The notes below the pieces were generated by a model that worked only from the letters and a program-made list of their open reading frames with translations, was not told the origin of the DNA and did not search any database. A DNA stretch of 25,287 nt from Ignisphaera sp. (GTDB taxonomy: Archaea; Thermoproteota; Thermoprotei_A; Sulfolobales; Ignisphaeraceae). A program made the position numbers and the translations under genes. This document shows positions 18,563 to 25,287 of the stretch, one piece after another. The DNA is taken from positions 1 to 25,287 of the forward strand of contig JAWAHS010000011.1 of NCBI GenBank assembly GCA_038889075.1, read 5' to 3'. Positions within the stretch are counted from its first letter, which is position 1, and each line of letters begins with the position of its first letter.

Positions 18563-19669
18563 CTATGTTGTAATGGGGTATCTTGTTATTGCGGCAACAC
18601 ATCCAAAGGTATCCTTAAACCAGCTGTACTCATCCATGGAACTGGGTAGCAGTATTAGTTTCGCACCTCCTTCGGATGCCATCTTCTCAAATTTCTCCAC
18701 CTCTACACTCTCTTCACATATAAGTATCTTATCAACTGCACCATTCTCTAAAGCTGTCTCAACATCCTTCAAACCGTAGACTACATAGCCATCGCCCTTA
18801 GCTATATGGTATTTAAACTCATCTATAGCACTAATAACTTCAACAAATCTCTGTTTAGTTAAGATATCCTTAGCTTTTACAATAACCTCCCTAAGCCCTA
18901 CAATACCCTGGTAAGCAACATCTATCGGTTCTCCAACAATAATCTTCCTTATCCTATAGTCTAGATTGTCAGCTTCCTTAAGAAAATCGTGCTTAGCGTA
19001 CCCAGGGCCTGCTACTATAACACCCTTCATCTTACCCTCCTCTACCAGTGGAATAAAGTAGCTATTGGCCTTTTCAGCAACGTGTTTATAGAACTCCTCA
19101 ACCATCTGCTCAATAATTCTATCAAATCTTCTCTGACTCTGACCACCTTTGTGGTGCTTTCCTGGTATAAACCACTCTATCTCATCTAGAACCTGTATAC
19201 CTGAGGGTTTGAGCAGACCTATTGTCGCTTCATCTCTCTCTATAATTATAATACCGTATATATCGGATTCCTCAACCATTGGTTCTAGAAACTCTGTATG
19301 GAATTCCTTATCAGTTCTGTAAAAGTATATCGGAACGGGATCGGGTGGGGAAAACAGTAGCACCATACTATCATCTGCATCCTCATTTATACCACTGAAT
19401 ACCACGAGACCATTCCTCGGCGTTTCCCTTAGCTTGGATAGCCTCTCTATAGCTGTAGTTAAAGCCCATTGAACCGCATCCCTCGTCTTCTTCAACTTTA
19501 TATTCTCTGTTATGGCAAGCTCTTGGCGAAGCATGTTAACAACTTCACTAATAGGTCTGCCGGGAGGTATATAGAGACTGAGTAGCGTTGTTGCATGGGC
19601 ATGCCATTTTTTAAGTTCCTTCAATATATTCTTCAGCGTTCTCCTATCTATATTAAACCTCTCATCCAA
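18563..19669 (-). CDS. prf1: Peptide chain release factor aRF1
   Basis: LLSLYIPPGR, ENIKL (NIKS equivalent), YRTDKEF, PGKHHKGGQSQRRF and AGPG. Confidence 0.97.
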   Translation of the reverse strand: MDERFNIDRRTLKNILKELKKWHAHATTLLSLYIPPGRPISEVVNMLRQELAITENIKLKKTRDAVQWALTTAIERLSKLRETPRNGLVVFSGINEDADDSMVLLFSPPDPVPIYFYRTDKEFHTEFLEPMVEESDIYGIIIIERDEATIGLLKPSGIQVLDEIEWFIPGKHHKGGQSQRRFDRIIEQMVEEFYKHVAEKANSYFIPLVEEGKMKGVIVAGPGYAKHDFLKEADNLDYRIRKIIVGEPIDVAYQGIVGLREVIVKAKDILTKQRFVEVISAIDEFKYHIAKGDGYVVYGLKDVETALENGAVDKILICEESVEVEKFEKMASEGGAKLILLPSSMDEYSWFKDTFGCVAAITRYPITT

Positions 19670-19832
19670 TTCACTAAATAGGCATCCCTCACACCAGCTC
19701 TTGCTCCAAATACAATCAGCTTATAGCCTTAAAAGTCTATCGCATCCTAGCTTCCTAGGTTAAATATATGCACTCCGCTACAGAAATATTAAATCCCGTA
19801 CTGGGTATCTAGAGCTAACCGGGTAGCTCACC

Positions 19833-20648
19833 ATGTCAAGAATTTCTACGGATGTACAGAACCTAGAATTCGATGCAATTCTAGCCAAGTTTAACCATAT
19901 CCATGGCTCTGGTGAGAGCTCTGATGGTAGAAAACCTCTGGAAAAAGGCCCTAGATCTAGAATCGTTGATGCGATACTTCTCTTGCTATACCTTAGACCT
20001 ATGAGGAGTAGCGAAGTTGCGAGCATAGTTGGTAGAAGTTCAAAGCTTGTTAGCAGTTATCTCAGCTACTGGAGGAGTAGAGGCTATGTAGAGTATAGAT
20101 CGGGGTACTGGCTCCTATCAAAGATCGGTGAAGAGTATGTTAAGACATTTATAGAGTCTCTAGGCGTACCTATTCTGGCACCCGCCGATGTGGTTCGGTT
20201 AGCCCAAAAACTGATAAATGAACCGGATTTCAATACAGTAAACAACTGGATTCAGCAAAATTCCCCCCAGGAAAAGACAGAAATACAGCAATTTACTGAA
20301 AAGAAAACAGGTTCTAAAGTGGGTAAACAGTATACGGAGGCTCAGAAGAACAACCTAGTGAAGACACTAGAGTGTGTTACAAAGATTCTCTCCTCTAAAG
20401 ATCTAGTTGAAGAAGAGATGCAGATACTCAATTTTATGATAAAACACTATATAGAGTGGAACAGCACGTACATGTATCTAGACCAAATGGCTGAAGAGCT
20501 ACACTATCCAAATAACGAGCTAATCTCAATACTAAGAAAGCTGCAAAGCAAAAAACTAGTCTATCTCTACACAGATACCAGGTTTGGAATACGTGTAGGA
20601 CTTGGAAAAAGCTTTAAGCAACTTTTAGATATGTGCATCAAAAAATAG
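19833..20648 (+). CDS. whiP: Replication initiator WhiP (winged-helix initiator protein)
   Basis: PRSRIVDAILLLLYLRPMRSSEVA...VSSYLSYWRSRGYV N-terminal wHTH, polar linker, and second wHTH ending LRKLQSKKLVYLY...GIRVGL. Recognised from memory of the family. Confidence 0.85.
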   Translation: MSRISTDVQNLEFDAILAKFNHIHGSGESSDGRKPLEKGPRSRIVDAILLLLYLRPMRSSEVASIVGRSSKLVSSYLSYWRSRGYVEYRSGYWLLSKIGEEYVKTFIESLGVPILAPADVVRLAQKLINEPDFNTVNNWIQQNSPQEKTEIQQFTEKKTGSKVGKQYTEAQKNNLVKTLECVTKILSSKDLVEEEMQILNFMIKHYIEWNSTYMYLDQMAEELHYPNNELISILRKLQSKKLVYLYTDTRFGIRVGLGKSFKQLLDMCIKK

Positions 20649-20862
20649 AATCCGACAATTCTACTTCTACCTCCTATACCTGATCCAAACCGATTCCTAT
20701 ATGCAGATCACGATCAGATGCTGCAGTGTGATAGCCTTTATACAAACCATCGTATCTCTGAGTTCGACCATCTGCGTGTAGTAGTTATAGTAGTATCTAC
20801 AGAGCTAACAAATAAATCACAATATAGCAAGATGTTAATGGGTAGCATGCTGTGTATATTCA

Positions 20863-21552
20863 TTACATGTAGTCGTATTCATTGTACCAGCCGTATTGGC
20901 CTACGAGAGGTACAAATATACATGAAATTGAATCTCGAATTCTTATAGATCCCTTTCTATCCTTTATAACTATCTGGAGGATCTGCTCCCATCTATTACC
21001 AACAGGTATAACCATTACACCACCGGGTCTTAGCTGCTGTAGCAATGGTTCGGGTATCCGTGGAGCAGCAGCTGTTACGATTATCTTGTCATAGGGTTGG
21101 AATAGCTCTACACCCTTTGAACCATCTCCAACAATTACTGTTATGAAATCGAGTAGATCCGGTCTAGCATTAGCTATATTCACTACTGCTCTACTAGCTA
21201 GCTGTGGAATACGCTCAATTGTATAGACATGTCCACCGGGCTGCTTAGAAACTATATGGGCTAGTATGGCAGCTTGGTAACCTGATCCAGTACCAATTTC
21301 AAGAACCTTATCACCAGGTTCTACATGGAGCTCCTCCGTCATTATGGCCACCATATGCGGTGCACTTATCGTCTGTCCATATCCTATTGGCAGAGGTGTA
21401 TCGCTATACGCATATACTTTAAGATGGTCAGGTACAAAGTATTCCCTAGGTACACTGAGGAAAGCTTCTTCAACAAGTTCACTTTTAATTATCCCCTCAA
21501 TCTTTAGTTTCTCTACAAGCATCACCCTATCTCTATACATATTCATAGACAA
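20863..21552 (-). CDS. pcm: Protein-L-isoaspartate O-methyltransferase
   Basis: VPREYFVP, AYSDTPLPIGYGQTISAPHMVA, VLEIGTGSGYQAA, GDGSKG, PYDKIIVTAAA and FVPL. Confidence 0.97.
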   Translation of the reverse strand: MSMNMYRDRVMLVEKLKIEGIIKSELVEEAFLSVPREYFVPDHLKVYAYSDTPLPIGYGQTISAPHMVAIMTEELHVEPGDKVLEIGTGSGYQAAILAHIVSKQPGGHVYTIERIPQLASRAVVNIANARPDLLDFITVIVGDGSKGVELFQPYDKIIVTAAAPRIPEPLLQQLRPGGVMVIPVGNRWEQILQIVIKDRKGSIRIRDSISCIFVPLVGQYGWYNEYDYM

Positions 21553-21618
21553 GCCGCATAACCCATATTAGTCGGTATACCTACTTTCAATACTAGCTAA
21601 AAGGGGTATTATCTGAAT

Positions 21619-22089
21619 ATGGTACACAAGCTAGCCACTGTACCGATATTTATTGAGAATCTAGAGGCCAGGGGACATAGAGCAATCAAAGCACAGCATC
21701 CAACAACATTTGAATTGACTAGAGACCTTGATGTAAGTGAAAGAGGAGATTGTATAATAGGTGTAAAACTGGATAGAGGACTAAAAGATTTTGACAATTG
21801 CTTTAAAGAGGCGCTTAGGAAAGACTCATCAATAGTTGTTATAGTTCTGCAGGTAGATAATCTTAGGGAAGTAGTTCTAGCTAGGGGCAGCAGTAGGCTT
21901 ATCCTTGAAGATAATAGAAGGATTGTTGTAAGGAGAAGTAGATACATAGGTCCTGAAACACTAGCTATAGAGTCGAATAAAGCTTCAAAGGATTTGAATA
22001 GAGATCTTATTAAAAGGCTTCAAGATCCTGAGGCAGTACTGCACATCACCATATACGTTTTCGATACCGATAGAGCTCTTCCTGTATAG
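21619..22089 (+). CDS. DUF371 family protein
   Basis: ARGHRAIKAQHPTTFELTRD...RGDCIIGV, IVVRRSRYI and SNKASKDL. Confidence 0.85.
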   Translation: MVHKLATVPIFIENLEARGHRAIKAQHPTTFELTRDLDVSERGDCIIGVKLDRGLKDFDNCFKEALRKDSSIVVIVLQVDNLREVVLARGSSRLILEDNRRIVVRRSRYIGPETLAIESNKASKDLNRDLIKRLQDPEAVLHITIYVFDTDRALPV

Positions 22090-22244
22090 AGATAGAATGC
22101 CCGACCATCAATCTGAGGCACACAGCCTCCATTCCACAGTGCTACATCGATCTGCGGTATTCAGAGCTATCTAAAGCATATTTAAAGTTCTAGAAGCATT
22201 TCTTTAGTAATGATGTAGTAGTGAAACGTATGGCGTGACGAGCA

Positions 22245-23090
22245 TTGGATATAAGACGTGTAGGTATCGTTGTTAAAAAGGGGAGTAGCCAAGGGTATGA
22301 GATAGCCCATAGGCTACTTTCATATGGTAGTAGCGTACTGGGTCTGGATATGCATATAGATGAGGAGGCTCTACCCGATATTAAATGGGATAGGATGTTT
22401 AAAGTCGGCATCGATCCGGTTGATCTAGTGGTTGTTATTGGTGGCGACGGCACTTTTTTAAGAACCTTCCATAGGCTTGGGCTACTGGATATTCCTATAA
22501 TGGGTGTTAGGCTTGGGCGTAGAGGGTTCCTCCTAGATATCAAACCTGATGAGGCTTTGGATAGGCTTAGGGATGCTGTTGAGGGTAGGTTTAGATTGGT
22601 TGAATATATGAGGTTGGAGGTCTCTCTAGATACATCGAGTACATCAATACCGTTAGCATTAAATGATGTTGTTATAGCTGGATGGAGATATACTAGAGCT
22701 AAGGTGGTGAGCCTCTCTATATATGTGGATGGTGAGTACATATATGGTATCGATGGAGATGGTGTAATAGTTGCTACACCACTAGGTTCATCAGCCTATG
22801 CACTGTCTGCTGGAGGCCCTATTATAGATGTAGATCTAGAGAGTATAATCATCGTTCCTCTAGCTCCCATACAGTTTAATGCAAAGCCTATCGTTCTACC
22901 ACCTAGTAAGGTGGTAGAGGTTAGGACCTCAGGTGATAGCGACCCTATAGCGTGTATAGTTGATGGACAGAGTATAGAGGTTGTAGAACCAGGTAGGAGT
23001 ATAGTTGTTAGAAGATCGGCAAGAAGTGCTAAGGTACTGAGATTCCATAGGGTAAATACGTATGCAAGACTCCACGAAATATATGGATAG
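22245..23090 (+). CDS. nadK: NAD(+) kinase
   Basis: GGDGTFL, GRRGFL, ALND and GDGVIVATPLGSSAYALSAGGP. Confidence 0.95.
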   Translation: MDIRRVGIVVKKGSSQGYEIAHRLLSYGSSVLGLDMHIDEEALPDIKWDRMFKVGIDPVDLVVVIGGDGTFLRTFHRLGLLDIPIMGVRLGRRGFLLDIKPDEALDRLRDAVEGRFRLVEYMRLEVSLDTSSTSIPLALNDVVIAGWRYTRAKVVSLSIYVDGEYIYGIDGDGVIVATPLGSSAYALSAGGPIIDVDLESIIIVPLAPIQFNAKPIVLPPSKVVEVRTSGDSDPIACIVDGQSIEVVEPGRSIVVRRSARSAKVLRFHRVNTYARLHEIYG

Positions 23091-23484
23091 CTCAAAGGTT
23101 CTAGTCCTAGATACAGCTGCTTTCCTAGCTGCAATTCCACTGCAGCTCTACAACACCATACTGTATACTGTTCCAGCTGTTATCGATGAGGTTAAAGACT
23201 ATGAGAGTAGGGCCCGGTTAGAACTTGCATCTATAGTAGGTAGATTTCATATTGAAGTACCTGAGGAAAGGTATCTTAGAAAGGCTATGGAGATAGCTAA
23301 AGAGCTCAAAGTTTTAGAGAAGCTATCTATAGCTGATCTACAGGTGCTGGCCCTATCCCTAAAACTTGTAGATGGTGGTGTAAAACCCATTGTACTAACA
23401 GATGACTACGTTCTCCAGAGAATTCTAAAATCTATAGGAATTGAATTTAGAGCGGTTAAAACTATAGGTATAGGAATGCCATAG
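23083..23484 (+). CDS. nob1: Nob1-family PIN endonuclease (no C-terminal zinc ribbon)
   Basis: VLDTAAFL, TVPAVIDEVKD, KLSIADLQVLAL, LTDDYVLQ and GIEFRAVKTIGI. ATG 23083 overlaps the nadK stop. Confidence 0.82.
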   Translation: MDSSKVLVLDTAAFLAAIPLQLYNTILYTVPAVIDEVKDYESRARLELASIVGRFHIEVPEERYLRKAMEIAKELKVLEKLSIADLQVLALSLKLVDGGVKPIVLTDDYVLQRILKSIGIEFRAVKTIGIGMP

Positions 23485-23500
23485 CTTTGCTACACCATAG

Positions 23501-24682
23501 TTAACAGACTTTTGTAAGCTTAGCAATGAAGTAACCTGTAGTGTCGTGTATATGTGGATGAAATCTCGTATAGGCGTAGCTATGGGGGGTCGATACCCCT
23601 CTAGACCCCCTTTTAATCTCTGTATCTACCACCTTTAAACACCTATCATCTTCAACAACTTTTTCAACAACATTCTCATTCTCCTCTATGGTTATGGTAC
23701 AGGTAGAGTAGACCATTACACCTCCCACCTTAAGTATCTTTGAAGCAGATCTTAGAAACTGTATCTGATATCTAGATGCCGATAAGATATCGCTATATCT
23801 CTTTACATCGTATAGCTTTGGTCTAACCCCAAGGGATGTACAAGGAGGGTCTACAACAACTCTATCCGCTCTAATCCAGCTAAAGTCTATATGTAGGTAT
23901 CTAGAATCTGCTCTCCACAGCTCTACAAAGGGGCTGTGCTTAAGCCTCTCGAGCTCCCCCTTCATTACCTCTAAACGCTTCTTTGAGTGGTCAAAGGCTA
24001 TTACAAGTGCTCTACCCATACTGTATTCAACTATATGCCCTGTTTTACCACCAGGTGCAGCACAGGTATCTACAACGAGATCTCCAGGTCTGGGACTAAG
24101 AGCTCTTACAGCATACATTGCAGCAAGACTCTGGGGATATATGAATCCAGCCCTATACTCTGGAAGCTCTACGATTTTCGGAGCTCTGTATACGGACTTC
24201 ACCACCTCCACAGCTATACCCTTCCTTAAAGATCTGGAATCTCTACAGTTTATCATAGCTACACCTTTTGCTATAGGTAGTCCATGTTCTGTAGCTATTA
24301 CAACCTCATCTCCACGTCTAATGGTGTTTGGACACCTAACTATACCAGGTATATACAGATCCGAGCCGAGGTAGACAGACTCCGCAGCATACTTGTCAGC
24401 CACAATTACCTTATCATAGCCATGCATCTCTATATTGAAGGGTCCCTCCACAGGAAAGTACACCGCCTCCTCAAGCTCCTCATCCTGATAAACAGCTATA
24501 CCTCTTGCCCTAAGAGAATCTATAACCTCACCTACACCAGTTCTAAGAACATTCACCCTAGCATATATCCTACTGCCCGGTCTAGATATGCTACCTAGAA
24601 AAGCCTTATATAGCTCACCATAGACCCTCTTAATAGCCTCTAGCACACCAACATCATAGTCCAACAACATAGCTGCAACCAC
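23501..24682 (-). CDS. RsmB/NOL1/NOP2/Sun RNA m5C methyltransferase with PUA domain (NSun6-like)
   Basis: PUA segment AAESVYLGSDLYIPGI, then DTCAAPGGKT, DPPCT and YSTCT. Confidence 0.93.
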   Translation of the reverse strand: MVAAMLLDYDVGVLEAIKRVYGELYKAFLGSISRPGSRIYARVNVLRTGVGEVIDSLRARGIAVYQDEELEEAVYFPVEGPFNIEMHGYDKVIVADKYAAESVYLGSDLYIPGIVRCPNTIRRGDEVVIATEHGLPIAKGVAMINCRDSRSLRKGIAVEVVKSVYRAPKIVELPEYRAGFIYPQSLAAMYAVRALSPRPGDLVVDTCAAPGGKTGHIVEYSMGRALVIAFDHSKKRLEVMKGELERLKHSPFVELWRADSRYLHIDFSWIRADRVVVDPPCTSLGVRPKLYDVKRYSDILSASRYQIQFLRSASKILKVGGVMVYSTCTITIEENENVVEKVVEDDRCLKVVDTEIKRGSRGVSTPHSYAYTRFHPHIHDTTGYFIAKLTKVC

Positions 24683-24756
24683 TATAGTACAGCAAGACTA
24701 ATAAAACTTCTAAAAACATATTATAGAACTTGATGAACCTTAAAAATATGTAGAGC

Positions 24757-24843
24757 GCCGGGGTGGCCGAGTGGTTAAGGCGGTGGGCTCGAGACCCACT
24801 GGGGTACATCCCCACGCGGGTTCGAATCCCGCCCCCGGCGCCA
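24757..24843 (+). tRNA. tRNA-Ser(CGA), intronless, CCA encoded
   Basis: GCCGGGG...GTGGG-CT-CGA-GA-CCCAC, long variable arm, GGTTCGAATCC, CCCCGGC-G-CCA. Confidence 0.97.
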
Positions 24844-24858
24844 AGCAAACACCGTAAA

Positions 24859-24919
24859 GGTCCGATGCAAATCGATGGGCGGTCTGAAAAGTGATGAACC
24901 ATTGTAGAGTTAAAGGGCC
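24859..24919 (+). ncRNA. Candidate box C/D 2'-O-methylation guide sRNA
   Basis: CTGA (24884-24887)-AAA-GTGATGA (24891-24897), flanked by two segments antisense to conserved 16S rRNA sequences; terminal stem GGTCC/GGGCC; outer C and D boxes degenerate. Confidence 0.62.
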
Positions 24920-24968
24920 GCGGAAACACAATAAAACTTTTAATCACAGGCTACAGCAGGTTACATAG

Positions 24969-25042
24969 GGGCCCGTAGCTCAGTCTGGCAGAGCGCCCGG
25001 CTGATAACCGGGAGGTCGGGGGTTCAAATCCCCCCGGGCCCA
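24969..25042 (+). tRNA. tRNA-Ile(GAT), CCA not encoded
   Basis: GGGCCCG...CCCGG-CT-GAT-AA-CCGGG...GGTTCAAATCC...CGGGCCC-A. Confidence 0.97.
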
Positions 25043-25159
25043 CTCTACTAGAATACCGGAATCGACCTGCACATCAATTCTGATATGGAATACATTTCCT
25101 TTAAAACCTTATAACCTCTATAAAAATAGTTTGGAGATGGGTTCGAGCTTTTAGAAAAA

Positions 25160-25245
<86 letters not shown>

Positions 25246-25287
25246 CTATCTTTCCGGCTCTTCATAGATCTAGATAGAGTTCATAGT

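Noticed and set aside
18563-19669. aRF1 NIKL and YRTDKEF in place of NIKS and YxCxxxF
   Set aside because: As far as I recall these variants are usual in crenarchaeal aRF1, so they are not evidence of altered stop-codon reading.
20718-20948. 76-aa ORF after whiP
   Set aside because: Overlaps the pcm 3' end on the opposite strand and has no protein-like features.
22095-22162. Possible H/ACA-like hairpin (GAATGCC/GGTATTC with inner GAGGC/GCCTC)
   Set aside because: No convincing K-turn or ACA box, and the stems favour different strands.

Overview
Window from a crenarchaeal (Thermoproteota, probably Desulfurococcales/Ignisphaera-like) chromosome, judged from WhiP, aRF1, Nob1, archaeal tRNAs and TATA-type promoters. 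The left ~16.3 kb is accessory DNA lying downstream of tRNA-Ser(GCT). It holds a surface-glycosylation locus (GT2, broken GT4, epimerase) interrupted by an AT-rich, CTAG-poor 6.3 kb cassette: GT2, nucleotidyltransferase-fold protein, thymidylate-kinase-like kinase, GT4, multi-TM protein and a second kinase paralog. After it come an atypical HhH-GPD [4Fe-4S] glycosylase, an ICMT/PEMT-like membrane methyltransferase, decayed DNA and two convergent vapBC loci whose toxins are both broken. The right ~9 kb is core-like: XerA-type recombinase with a C-terminal zinc ribbon, wHTH protein, Cys-rich protein, aRF1, whiP, pcm, DUF371, NAD kinase, a Nob1 lacking its zinc ribbon, a PUA-NSUN methyltransferase and tRNA-Ser(CGA), -Ile(GAT), -Leu(CAA). 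The best leads are (i) the kinase/nucleotidyltransferase glycan-modification cassette, (ii) a box C/D-like guide RNA 15 nt behind tRNA-Ser(CGA) whose guide is in register for 16S C1402, and (iii) repeat motifs inside whiP that may mark a replication origin. All calls are by eye; no searches were run.
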